A DNA stretch of 64,000 nucleotides from a virus, in IMG/VR virus record IMGVR_UViG_3300008267_000040, positions 39,629 to 103,628 of that record; one strand, given 5' to 3'. The notes beneath the pieces are model-generated. The model searched no databases. It was given only the letters and a program-made list of their open reading frames with translations, and was not told where the DNA came from. This document shows positions 32,201 through 40,093 of the stretch, piece after piece. Position numbers and translations under genes: made by a program. How positions within the stretch are numbered: the first letter of the stretch is position 1; each line of letters starts with the position of its first letter.

Positions 32201-34095
32201 ATTTTTTTACTATCTTTGTTGTCACCTATTGTTGTAACATGATAAATTCCAGTTTTTATGCCAGAATCGCTTTGTGGAAAATAATAAATTTTTTCTCCAG
32301 TATAAAAATTGTGAACAATGTCAGTTTCTAGAATATCTGTCTTTCCAACACCAGAAGTTGTTGATGTTTTTACAGTTTGATTTTTTGCATAAAGTGGATA
32401 ATTAGATATGCCAGATGCTGCAACATAAAATGATTTGTATGAATCATCAATATAAGTATTTTGTACTGCAACTGGAAAAGAATTTACTGATGGTGTGTGA
32501 TTTACATCACTAGAACCAAGTAAAATTACTTCTTTTAATAATGTCTTTTTAGTTGCATCTAGATTAGATGACAATTCAATTGTATTTTCAGAAATTATAT
32601 TTACTATTTCTGCATCTATTTCTGGATCGTTAGATATATCAAGATTTACTAATTTAACTTTTTGTCCAATATAAAGTCTGACATTATCATAAAATGAAAC
32701 AGTATAGACTTTTCCACTAGTGTCCCCAGATTTAATTATGGATTTAATTTTGTGATTTGTAGATACATTATACAACCAACTATAAAATTCTGGTTTATCA
32801 CTTAGTTCTGCGCCAAATGAAGACAAAGATATCTTATCATTTACCAATAGATTAGAAGTACTTTGGTAATTTACTTCTCCTATTACATTAATTAATCTAA
32901 ATTCTATTTTTTGATTATCTTTATCGTAAGTATAAACAAAATTAGTTTCAAAAACTTCATCACTATACTCTAAACCAACAATTAACCCAGTAACTCCCAA
33001 AAACTGAGTATTTGTTTTACTTGTATATGTAAGTCTAACAGTAGTATTAGCAGTATTTTTTCCTTTTACTAGAATAGTTCCTGATTTTGGAAATCCTACT
33101 GTGGAATCAACATAAATCGTGCTTGAAAATGCATCAACTTTCTTTGTAATATTTGTTTTTTTAGTACTGACAAAATTAGAAATAAAAGAAGTACTATCTA
33201 AATAAATCTCATAAAGATTTTTTTCATCTACAGGTCTAAATTCAATTGAGTAAATTGAAGCACTTGAAGAACCAACTTCTCCATTATCTTGGAATAATGA
33301 TGCTCTATCTGGACCACTAATTAGGAGTGGATCTGAACCACTTACTTTTTCAACAAGAATATTTTTTGTTACAAAGAAATTATCATCAGATGGCCTTAAA
33401 ATATAATCTTGTGGTTTGATTACACTGATATCAGCATTAAAAAGAATTTTAAAAAGTATTTTATATGAAGTATCTGTTCCTTTTGTTGTATAGAAATCAA
33501 TAGCTCTTGATAAAATATTTTTTATCTTTACTTGAGGAATAAAATTTCTGTTCTCAAATCCTGGCAAAAATTGTGCTTTGAATTTTGTAAATAATTCTTG
33601 ATAGAATAAAAGGTTTAAATTACTAACTACACTACCACTAGCATGTTCTTCTGACTGAGTTGTAGTAAAATTAAGAGAATTTGAACTGCTTAATGTGTTT
33701 AATTGATCAATTCCAGAAAATCCACGAGAGCATCCAGTAAATGATGTGGCAGTTTTCCCAGTATATGTAATTATTTCATTATTGATTTTTAACAGACCGT
33801 ATGATTTTGGAAATCCTACAGTATGATTGACTGTAATTGTATCATCAAAAGTTAAAAGACTTTCAGTTAATTGGCATGGAACAAATAAAGTAAAGAATAA
33901 TTCGTTATTATATGTTCTTATATCTTTATATCTGTCAAGATTTGCTGCAATATCTGTTATCCCTGTTGGATATTCTTGTGAGATATAGTACTGATTTAAA
34001 AATTCTTTGAACAAAGGAGAATCTTCGTTCAAAAAAGAAGGAACTTGTGACTCAATAATATCTTGAATCCTTACTCTATCGTTAATATCTGCCAT
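26245..34095 (-). CDS. gp7: Baseplate wedge initiator gp7-like protein, N-terminal part
   Basis: 2616 aa. IIESQVPSFL...FLNQYYISQE, DFYTTKGT, HSPIIGWAYDGNPIYGPYG, DLDEHNGRFCKTPDYP, DNDYYQKFSYSIKS, LVHPAGFKEFSD. Lies directly after gp6. Confidence 0.8.
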   Translation of the reverse strand: MADINDRVRIQDIIESQVPSFLNEDSPLFKEFLNQYYISQEYPTGITDIAANLDRYKDIRTYNNELFFTLFVPCQLTESLLTFDDTITVNHTVGFPKSYGLLKINNEIITYTGKTATSFTGCSRGFSGIDQLNTLSSSNSLNFTTTQSEEHASGSVVSNLNLLFYQELFTKFKAQFLPGFENRNFIPQVKIKNILSRAIDFYTTKGTDTSYKILFKILFNADISVIKPQDYILRPSDDNFFVTKNILVEKVSGSDPLLISGPDRASLFQDNGEVGSSSASIYSIEFRPVDEKNLYEIYLDSTSFISNFVSTKKTNITKKVDAFSSTIYVDSTVGFPKSGTILVKGKNTANTTVRLTYTSKTNTQFLGVTGLIVGLEYSDEVFETNFVYTYDKDNQKIEFRLINVIGEVNYQSTSNLLVNDKISLSSFGAELSDKPEFYSWLYNVSTNHKIKSIIKSGDTSGKVYTVSFYDNVRLYIGQKVKLVNLDISNDPEIDAEIVNIISENTIELSSNLDATKKTLLKEVILLGSSDVNHTPSVNSFPVAVQNTYIDDSYKSFYVAASGISNYPLYAKNQTVKTSTTSGVGKTDILETDIVHNFYTGEKIYYFPQSDSGIKTGIYHVTTIGDNKDSKKIKLSLSKSDLYSSVYIKFDRNIVSDSFVKLDYENKVVENQKLFKKFNYVKGDSTLKQVADRTTNNRQVGILINGVEIYSPTLFDENIYYGKLDGITVTNPGKGYDIINPPEIEITDVSGRNAKGYANIVGGLSEVKIVTPGVGYQIKPKITLVGGNGSGAVVEPNLVKSKINAGFKGDGSGVNPTTNTIIFSQNHNFDDGEEISYNANFNAEIFPLKTNSNYYAGVISPTQIRLYERLEDAYRKTNEVNLVGISSGFHSFITLKSKNTITEIRVKNSGSGYSNRIIKIPSILAFDEKANGVNTFDHYVFAKNHGLKDKDILRYSTTGTSISGLSTSSEYVVTVVDNNKFKLSTIGVGTQFYDVNYENKRYIRFNSLGTGTHTFSYPPIRLVVETLSGIGATSIIEPQFEPIVLGSIDSIFIEDSGVGYGVSNIVNFHRRPDIRVKPIISEALLKPIVLNGTIVDIQFLSYGSGYDKGIDIIVNGKGSFADIRPVIENGRLVAVNIANGGIGYDKDTTSITIKRRGSDAKFIGDVFEWKINQVEKNKKLLEIQDQAFIVPSKNKDLGLQVVNFYPPRLLRKSIKDHLDSSNRETPNNIHSPIIGWAYDGNPIYGPYGQVGSEIRKIRSSYTKRVEPDKNIRPNLPDGFFTQDFYYDRAIGDLDEHNGRFCKTPDYPDGIYAYFATIDNSAISIPEFPYMIGNYFRDYVIPENYASIFNQDIDLESLNLIRNIGPYYINSGNSNYDLISNTDKKYKQEFTVTKTLSSSIDGVQIYSDGSGYKVGDNVVFDNRNTSGSGASAAVSRIKGKPIKSIVVGIKTSLDVSFYTYGNNVVGVTQEPHQLITGDKITISAISNSNYSYFEGIKDIFVSQKTVGLSTNIPILVVSGETTSIIVNDVSGFEVDDFVSIGSEILKITNISVEKSELTVNRLQNAGVHTVGIDSVKLLPRKFTFSVADQKYPIKKNDVVYFSPKTFVGFGSTGENYTLSDQTNLNVPDRSIYIKNHNFYTGQLVKYNVGFAGTGMIVSNTITQADAFTLQDNQNIYIVNRGQDYIGLSTVGYTTSTGIGSSLSSLYFFDDISVTGLAHSLTTTYEKVIGKVENFSLNVETTETHGLGNSDEITFNLLPRLVDTFKLRYDTNIRKITTEVKSFNTSVAISTETSEIYLPGNNYVTGDKIVYYNDGNTTIGGLQTNETYYIIKQKPDYIKLSNYYDSSKSGVSISLTSQGSGVQSIALVNPPLASTKGNIIEFDLSDSSLSGMDLKLYKDGNILIEVESYKYTRNAIDAGVSGAKLRIDTTDKSITNTLFYNLIPLSPSVLEKYQISIDKEVIGYNKISLNPSIYNQSYSVVSTGSTSFKFILNQKPEYFSYNANSGITTIFYDTDSKNTSGPISNIKLNFGGKGYKKVPRISSITSVSGKDAILKAFSNSIGKIDYIERIKDGFDYPTDPTLKPVLSVPTVCQIKNISRVDYIGITTGGKGYNTAPVLKVVGNDNIKLKANIQGGTVTSVDILENVTNMSAPLSVIPTRNSNGYDIDDIVYNPSTNEVTLELVNSDNQLYPLIANQYGNQETVFPFKVGDKIFVENCRITDGNQKNNYNSANHSYKFFTITGISTTNFTITYSMNGISNNLGEYTTDNNYGYVINENVMAKFEMKLIDDLGYYSGENVVGYDSNGIAVFSAVVMESGWDNDINQLRLIDSKGELEVGNRLLGTRSLLNGIVENVNQFNLISSLNVTRDKINDFTDKIGYLNDFQQRISDNDYYQKFSYSIKSQIPYTDWKEPIRSLVHPAGFKEFSDLDIIGKASNNMKVGVGDSSLNVLINVDSVESMYNRYNFSMVTEDELLPDGSIERVFFPTGVSLKSYILSKTNKVVPIDDISGQFTGFTTTTGGQIVGLTTFKLKNRGTPLFYREFQGNDSSIIDLSNNKFKLRNNNFQSGQKLFYSVVKADGTANVGVNTIFDAGFSYPGISSYFDSPIVSFDSSTIKMSSN

Positions 34096-34096
34096 T

Positions 34097-35983
34097 TTAT
34101 CTAGTATATGCTCCGTTTGAATAACTTGAAGTTACAATATATTCAGTTGCAGAAGTATTTTCTCCTGAACTAATTCTATCTTCAATCATATTGACTACAA
34201 GATTATCAATGCTTAATTCTAAGTATATATCTTGCAATGCAATCACATCATTTGATTCTGGTATTGCTTGGACTTCAATACCATTTGGTTTCAAGGAACT
34301 AGTAATATTAACTGTATCTAAGTATACTTCACCTTTCTTATAATAAACAACTCCTGCATTATTTTTTACAATAAAGGGGATATTATCTTTTAGTGTAAAA
34401 TAGAAAATAGTTCCACTTGTTTCATCAATTGGAACATCACTCATGTATACAGTTCCTTCCACATCTTTAATTGTGAAACCAGAAGATTTTATATTATATC
34501 CTCTATTGTCTAAAGGATTATTTTTCTTAATATGAAAAGCATTACCAAAACAAAGTTCATAAGTAGCAAATTGATTAAATGCTGGCTGCAAATCTCTTCG
34601 CATTTTAACTTTTGTGATGTTAGAAGTAATTGAAGAACTTATATCATCAATCAATGCATTTACTTTACTGTATTTAAATCTCCCACCAAAATTATTTAAA
34701 TCATAAGATTTACCGTAAGCAGTAAGAGTTTCAATAACTTTATTTCTAAGTATTGAGGTATCTGCAACTGAACTCTTGTCATAATATACACTTGTATTAA
34801 GTTCTACATACAAATATTTCAAGTCAACTAATTCTGGTTTGATACCAGCAATTGAATATTGCTTTAATTGCTTCTTAATTTCTTCTTTTGAGATTCTTGA
34901 TAAGAATTTTCCTTGTCTTGGTTTTACTGATATAAAAACTTTTCCGTATTGTGGTGGATCCAATTCATCACCACCATAAGCAGTTACAGATTCAACATTG
35001 GGGAATATAAAAGGAATTAATCCTTTGTAATCATTTGCAGTAACTGCTCTATACTGAGATGAATAGACTCTTGGTGCAAGATATTTAATCGAGTCAATTT
35101 TTTCAATATCATCACCGTTTTCAGATGGTAATGTTGTAGTGAGTGGTGATATTCCTGATGTAATTCTATTTTGATTATTATCTTCTAAAATTCCAGAGAA
35201 GTTAAAGTTAGCACATCCGTTTCCTGCTTTTCCATTTGTCAGAATATAACTTACAAAAATAGAACTTCCAGATGCTGGTCTTTTGCCGAATACATTATCT
35301 CCAAATAATAATTCGTATTTTTCATCTTCAACCTCTTGAACTAAAAATATTTTAGAATTAGCATCAATGTTTAGGATATTTGAGTATTGATTATATTCTT
35401 CATTTGCTAAGTCAGTTACAAATACACGAATACTTGTAGTGTCAACAGATGGATTTGGAATAACAAATTTTTGATCTGGCTGTGAACTATCTACAATAAA
35501 ACTTTTTGTTAAAAATGTTCCTTCCCATAATTCAATATCTGTAAAGTATGCGTACCCTGCTGCATCTACTGTTACAGTAATGTCTTCTGGGATTGAAAAT
35601 ACATAATTTCCACTTTCAATCGCACCTAAACCAATTACTCCTGCTTTGAGTGTAACTGATTTTACATCTAAAAATCCAGAGGTATTTACAGAAAAACTAA
35701 CTCTTGCTTTTGATGCTCTTCTTGACCTTGGAACATATCCAATATTACGTGCCAAAGAAACAACATTCTCACGTAAAGTCGCACTATCAAGAAACGACTC
35801 ATTCACCGTCATATTCGTATTGAATGACGTAATATAAGAATTATATGCTAAGACATCAATCAATACAGAAAAATTAGAACCCTCGAAGTCAAAATCTGTA
35901 AAATTACTATTTGCTCTTAGATAATCTTTGATTTGTGTTCTTAGATCCTGAAAATCTAAGTTTGTGAATTGATTGAATGACAT
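34097..35983 (-). CDS. gp6: Baseplate wedge subunit gp6
   Basis: NLDFQDLRTQIKDYLRANSNFTDFDFEGSNFSVLIDVLAYN...SATLRENVVSLARNIGYVPRS...RAVTANDY. Confidence 0.93.
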   Translation of the reverse strand: MSFNQFTNLDFQDLRTQIKDYLRANSNFTDFDFEGSNFSVLIDVLAYNSYITSFNTNMTVNESFLDSATLRENVVSLARNIGYVPRSRRASKARVSFSVNTSGFLDVKSVTLKAGVIGLGAIESGNYVFSIPEDITVTVDAAGYAYFTDIELWEGTFLTKSFIVDSSQPDQKFVIPNPSVDTTSIRVFVTDLANEEYNQYSNILNIDANSKIFLVQEVEDEKYELLFGDNVFGKRPASGSSIFVSYILTNGKAGNGCANFNFSGILEDNNQNRITSGISPLTTTLPSENGDDIEKIDSIKYLAPRVYSSQYRAVTANDYKGLIPFIFPNVESVTAYGGDELDPPQYGKVFISVKPRQGKFLSRISKEEIKKQLKQYSIAGIKPELVDLKYLYVELNTSVYYDKSSVADTSILRNKVIETLTAYGKSYDLNNFGGRFKYSKVNALIDDISSSITSNITKVKMRRDLQPAFNQFATYELCFGNAFHIKKNNPLDNRGYNIKSSGFTIKDVEGTVYMSDVPIDETSGTIFYFTLKDNIPFIVKNNAGVVYYKKGEVYLDTVNITSSLKPNGIEVQAIPESNDVIALQDIYLELSIDNLVVNMIEDRISSGENTSATEYIVTSSYSNGAYTR

Positions 35984-36384
35984 TATATTCTAGTTGGTAG
36001 TAAAAGAAACTCTATGTTTTGCTTGGGAAATCCTAGACCAACAATATCATATTCAACTTCAACATTTATTTGATTATCATCTGGTAGAGGTATTACTTTG
36101 ATATCTCTTAATACAATTCTTGGTTCAAAGTTTTTTAACACACTCATGATTTCTTCCCTCATAATGATTGCGATTTCTTCGTCAACCATCTCAAATAAAT
36201 TTCTTGTTACGGAAGTTCCGAGTAAAGGGTTAAAATACCTCTCACCAAGAATTGTTCTAACCAAGTTTGTAACAGATTTCTTGATAGCATCTTCATTTTT
36301 GATGACTAAAATATCATTAGTTACAGGATGCTTAGCAAAAGATAAACTAATATCTTTAAATGCTCTAGAAATCCTTGTGGCCAT
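35983..36384 (-). CDS. gp25: Baseplate wedge subunit gp25 (GPW/gp25 family)
   Basis: FKDISLSF...AIKKSVTNLVRTILGERYFNP...LKNFEPRI. Confidence 0.92.
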   Translation of the reverse strand: MATRISRAFKDISLSFAKHPVTNDILVIKNEDAIKKSVTNLVRTILGERYFNPLLGTSVTRNLFEMVDEEIAIIMREEIMSVLKNFEPRIVLRDIKVIPLPDDNQINVEVEYDIVGLGFPKQNIEFLLLPTRI

Positions 36385-36420
36385 TAAGATTAAAGTGTAT
36401 TTAATATATCTATAACACTT

Positions 36421-36663
36421 TTAGATCACTTTTTTACCATATGAAGGTTCAGTTCCATATTCCCAATCATCATAATCTTCGTCATTTCTAATCTTTTCAT
36501 GCAATTCAGTTTGCTTCTTTAAATCATGCTTCATCATATCATCATGCATGATTTCTGAAATGACTCTTGGTTGCACTGATTCTTGGTAATCTGTAACTAA
36601 ATGTGTAGTGCCCCACATTTGATACATGTAGTTTTTGTCTCTATCAACTGGTAAGTTAGACAT
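36421..36663 (-). CDS. Conserved cyanophage hypothetical protein
   Basis: 80 aa. MYQMWGTTHLVTDY motif; GGAG RBS. Confidence 0.65.
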   Translation of the reverse strand: MSNLPVDRDKNYMYQMWGTTHLVTDYQESVQPRVISEIMHDDMMKHDLKKQTELHEKIRNDEDYDDWEYGTEPSYGKKVI

Positions 36664-36732
36664 GTTAGCTCCTGTTTTTTAATAAAAACAGAACTTTTTT
36701 TTGTAGGAGGTTGCTATCTCCTCTAAAACTAT

Positions 36733-37074
36733 TTAACGCAGTACATGTCTTAGGGTATAATTTTCTGAATTTAGATATTTCAACATCTCTAATGCGATTA
36801 ATTTTGGATTTCCTGGTCCACAAGTATAAACATCAACGGCAATACAACCTTCTTCTGGCCATGTATGGCAAGAAACATGACTTTCTGACAGTGCCATTAC
36901 GATTGTAACACCTTGAGGTACAAAACAATGCTGATAAATGTTTAGAATCGTCATTCCAGCACGTTTAACCCCACTTTCCATTGCTTCCTGAATGGATATT
37001 CCATCGTTAAGTAAGTCAAACTTAACGTCGTAGACCTCCAACAGGAGGTGATTCCCCATCGAAAACTTCTCCAA
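36733..37074 (-). CDS. speD: Pyruvoyl-dependent S-adenosylmethionine decarboxylase proenzyme (class 1B)
   Basis: GNHLLLE, FVPQGVT, self-cleavage motif LSESHVSCHTWPE, DVYTCG. TTG start with GGAGG RBS. Confidence 0.9.
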   Translation of the reverse strand: MEKFSMGNHLLLEVYDVKFDLLNDGISIQEAMESGVKRAGMTILNIYQHCFVPQGVTIVMALSESHVSCHTWPEEGCIAVDVYTCGPGNPKLIALEMLKYLNSENYTLRHVLR

Positions 37075-37109
37075 CTCGCATAAACCTCCAATTTTCCCCG
37101 AAGAACTAT

Positions 37110-37709
37110 TTATTTGACGTAAATGCCACGTCTTCCATACGTATTATACTCAGAATCCTTGATAAAACTAGGATTTTCACAAAAATTATCATCCCAAATT
37201 GGAATTGCGACCTCATTTTCATACCTAAAATCAGGATTTTGTCTTACATGCACTTCAATTAGGTTACCATCAATGAATTCACAGTTAATCCAGTCATAAT
37301 TTCCCTTTAAATTCTCTAAAACTGAAGGGAAACTCACTTCTCTATCGATTTTTTCCCATTTTTGCCACTTGTAAAGAGGGTCATTGTCATCTTTGGTGCC
37401 TCTTACAACCAATTTTGCCTCTTGATAGTGAAAATCGACACTTAAGTGCTCTCCTTTAAACACCTCACACCAAAAATTAGACGGATAGAAGTGATCTGTA
37501 GAGTCTTCTATCCATATAATCTCAGCAAATCGACCCATTCCAAGGAAATTGATGGATGGTCGAACAATATAAAAGTCGGATTTAGGTACTTTTGCTCCAA
37601 CTGGACCACAGTTGTACCCTAAAATCCGACTTAATTGTAATTTATTGTATATCCACAGATCGTCATGATGAATTGCATTCCACTCATCATTAACGTCTAG
37701 GTGATACAT
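37110..37709 (-). CDS. ATP-grasp-like phage protein
   Basis: 199 aa. YNKL, IVRPSINFLGMG, WCEVFKGEHLSVDF, NCEFIDGNLIEVHVRQNPD resemble ATP-grasp motifs. Confidence 0.5.
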   Translation of the reverse strand: MYHLDVNDEWNAIHHDDLWIYNKLQLSRILGYNCGPVGAKVPKSDFYIVRPSINFLGMGRFAEIIWIEDSTDHFYPSNFWCEVFKGEHLSVDFHYQEAKLVVRGTKDDNDPLYKWQKWEKIDREVSFPSVLENLKGNYDWINCEFIDGNLIEVHVRQNPDFRYENEVAIPIWDDNFCENPSFIKDSEYNTYGRRGIYVK

Positions 37710-37855
37710 TACCCTTTTCCTTGTCCACGATACTTTTTACGTGCCTTATTACGACTCGTAGCACTATATTTAGTATTGCGACCTGCACCTTGAAGAGTTA
37801 GCTTGGGTTTTGATTCGACTTTAGCACCACCTTTTGCACTTTTCTTCACTGCCAT
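37709..37855 (-). CDS. Small highly basic protein (48 aa, not in ORF track)
   Basis: MAVKKSAKGGAKVESKPKLTLQGAGRNTKYSATSRNKARKKYRGQGKG. GGAG RBS; stop overlaps the next ATG. Confidence 0.8.
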   Translation of the reverse strand: MAVKKSAKGGAKVESKPKLTLQGAGRNTKYSATSRNKARKKYRGQGKG

Positions 37856-37914
37856 TGTAAAAATCTCCTAGTTGGTTTTCGTTTACGGTTTTTTTAACGG
37901 GTTTTTTAAGACTT

Positions 37915-37956
37915 AAAAATGCCCTTGAAGGACTCCTAAAAATCTTTCAAGGGCAT
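37915..37956 (-). terminator. Rho-independent terminator
   Basis: ATGCCCTTGAA...TTCAAGGGCAT stem followed by TTTT on the minus strand. Confidence 0.65.
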
Positions 37957-38007
37957 TCTATCAAAAGTTTCTTAGAACGTCAAGAAGACACTCTCAGAAG
38001 GGGTACA

Positions 38008-38760
38008 TCAGATGATTCGAGTCTTCTCGTGACCAACACGAATCAGAGGATTACACCAAATCTCAAATCCTGCTTCCTTCGCATCAAGACAGAAGGAAAC
38101 ATCCTCTCCACACATATCTTGAACTTCTCCAGATTCAAACTGTTGCATCTTAGGTGCAAACCAAGGATACTCAAGAGATTCAAAGACACCTTTCTTAATC
38201 AACACCCAACCAAATCCAGTGTAATCAACTGTAAATGGTTTACGACGATTCTGCATCGTCTCTCCAGTTTCATGATTCATGACTCCACCATTGGTACGGA
38301 AATCTTCTTCTTCCAACCAATGTGCAACAGACGTGGTGTGTCCATCTTCAGTCATATACCAACCAGCAGCAATATCTTTATCCATTGCTACAAGACGATA
38401 GAACTTCTCAGTGTCAAACACAATGTCGTTATCAATCCAGAGTTGATAATCATATTCAAGTTTACCATCCCAAGGTTGCTGCCTAGGTCCTCTGAGAACA
38501 TTTGCTCCAAGTACTTTGCATCGTGCAAAGTTTACCATTGAACTATAGTCCTGTGAAATCTGAATACTCGCACCTGCTTGTACCAAATCAAAACACAATT
38601 GAACAAATGCCTTCAGAAAAATATATGAACAACCTCTACCTGGTAGACAAAAGACAATGGATTTTCCTTTTACCATTTCTTTTGCTTCTTCTAAATTAAA
38701 TTCATCAACAACTTTCTTAGTCGTCGGTGCGCTTGCTTTAATCGTAAATCCTTTTGCCAT
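38008..38760 (-). CDS. Glycosyltransferase-like protein (GT-A fold)
   Basis: 250 aa. VNFARCKV, LWIDNDIVF (DxD), TGFGWVLIKKGVFE, GEDVSFC, VGHEK. Confidence 0.75.
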   Translation of the reverse strand: MAKGFTIKASAPTTKKVVDEFNLEEAKEMVKGKSIVFCLPGRGCSYIFLKAFVQLCFDLVQAGASIQISQDYSSMVNFARCKVLGANVLRGPRQQPWDGKLEYDYQLWIDNDIVFDTEKFYRLVAMDKDIAAGWYMTEDGHTTSVAHWLEEEDFRTNGGVMNHETGETMQNRRKPFTVDYTGFGWVLIKKGVFESLEYPWFAPKMQQFESGEVQDMCGEDVSFCLDAKEAGFEIWCNPLIRVGHEKTRII

Positions 38761-38783
38761 AAAAAAATAATTTCGACGTTTAC

Positions 38784-38812
38784 ATTATACCACTACAAAT
38801 CAATCATTGCAA
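38784..38812 (-). promoter_or_regulatory. Sigma70-type promoter TTGCAA-N17-TATAAT (extended TG)
   Basis: Minus strand TTGCAATGATTGATTTGTAGTGGTATAAT upstream of the 38760 start. Confidence 0.7.
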
Positions 38813-38971
38813 TGGGTCTTCCCTATTATTTAGAATTACTTTGATATCCTCATTATTTCCACCAGAAGTCCATACAAGTCCTCTGACTTGATTCAAAGTC
38901 ACCTCTAAATCTTCTGGATTTACTTTTTCTACAATCGTAACTCCATTTACTTCAATATTATACGTAGTCAT
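38804..38971 (-). CDS. Small hypothetical protein (55 aa)
   Basis: MTTYNIEVNGVTIVEKVNPEDLEVTL... manual translation. Confidence 0.55.
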   Translation of the reverse strand: MTTYNIEVNGVTIVEKVNPEDLEVTLNQVRGLVWTSGGNNEDIKVILNNREDPLQ

Positions 38972-39110
38972 CAGTTTCTTCTACTTTGAAGAGCAACTCT
39001 TCAAGTTCTTCCCTGAGAATTTCATTTGAATTTGCTGTCTTGTCCGTTTCGAGTCGGAATTGTATGCATTCAATCAACAACTCTCTCTCATAGTCTGTAA
39101 CTTCTAACAT
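38958..39110 (-). CDS. Small acidic hypothetical protein (50 aa)
   Basis: MLEVTDYERELLIECIQFRLETD... GAGG RBS. Confidence 0.6.
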   Translation of the reverse strand: MLEVTDYERELLIECIQFRLETDKTANSNEILREELEELLFKVEETDDYV

Positions 39111-39409
39111 ATCCTCTCATGTTATTCTTTTTCCATTTATATATCAACCTTTTGAGAATTTTTGCCACCCCGAAAATTTTTTCTAAGATTTTTGATTACA
39201 ATTCTCATAAGTTCTCCGAGGGTCACTCCGAGGTATTCTAACTCTTCCCTATGGGTGGTTCTCGTACTTAGAGAATTTTTTTTTCTCAAAGACAAACTCA
39301 ATGGCAAAATCATACTTTTATAGATTAGGGTAGTTATGCGTTTTTCTTTTTGGGGCATCGGTTCTTAATACTTTACACCATCAATCGCAACATACTGTCC
39401 ATAAGAATC

Positions 39410-39650
39410 AAACAACACTGTTTAATTAGAATAGACGAAGCACCACGAATAAGAACAAAACAGTGCTGTTTAATTATAATAAAATAGTATTACCCAGGTA
39501 TAGGATAAACGAAACCTCCGATTATTCTGTAAGAACAGTGCTGTTTAATTAGAATTAATAACTATACCCCAGGTATCATAATACTCGAAGACCACCGAGT
39601 TGTCAATGCATAAGGACTAAACATAAAGGACGAAACAGTGCTGTTTAATT
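39410..39650. repeat. Four copies of palindromic element (A)AACAGTGCTGTTT-AATT
   Basis: 39458-39475, 39534-39550, 39633-39650, and variant AAACAACACTGTTTAATT at 39410-39427. Confidence 0.9.
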
Positions 39651-39822
39651 CTTATAATTAAACTGTATGGGAGGTATATAATACCTGTGGAAAACTCTTA
39701 TACTTTTTCCACAACCCTGTGGAAAACTATGTGGAAACTGTGGAAAACTTTATATCGAACCCCTGTGTAATACTTATAAACATCTAGGAGATATAACGAA
39801 TTCCCTCTCCTCCCGCCCTATA

Positions 39823-39880
39823 AATCTAGCACGAACTGCATAAGACTCATAAGACGAATGGACAGTGCTCAAAGTGTCCT
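39823..39880 (-). promoter_or_regulatory. Early-type promoter (palindrome + TGnTAGATT) firing leftward across DnaA boxes
   Basis: TGGACAGTGCTCAAAGTGTCC(T) at 39859-39880, 30 bp from the -10 at 39823-28. Confidence 0.55.
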
Positions 39881-40035
39881 TGGACGAATAAATCTCATAA
39901 GTCTTCCGAGTCTCATGGACGAACAAATAAAAATCCTCCGAGTCTCATAAGACGTATGAGTTCTCAGAGTCTTATAAGGTATTATAATACACGAACCCCT
40001 TGACATCACTGTAAAGTTGTGCTGGGAATTATCGT

Positions 40036-40093
40036 GTGCCAGTTCTCAGAGTGGATTTTTGCCCTTGACTTTTCTAGGGTTTTATGATACAAT
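40036..40093 (+). promoter_or_regulatory. Plus-strand promoter TTGACT-N17-TACAAT with upstream palindrome
   Basis: -35 at 40065-70, -10 at 40088-93, motif GTGCCAGTTCTCAGAGTGGATT at 40036-57 (30-bp gap). No ORF downstream. Confidence 0.7.

Noticed and set aside
39137-39358. 73-aa ORF as a real gene
   Set aside because: It spans hairpins and homopolymer runs in the regulatory block, has atypical composition, and has no recognisable motif.
39410-39650. CRISPR mini-array
   Set aside because: Repeats are only 17 bp, spacers are very unequal (~31, 58, 83 bp), and there are no cas genes. Better read as binding sites.
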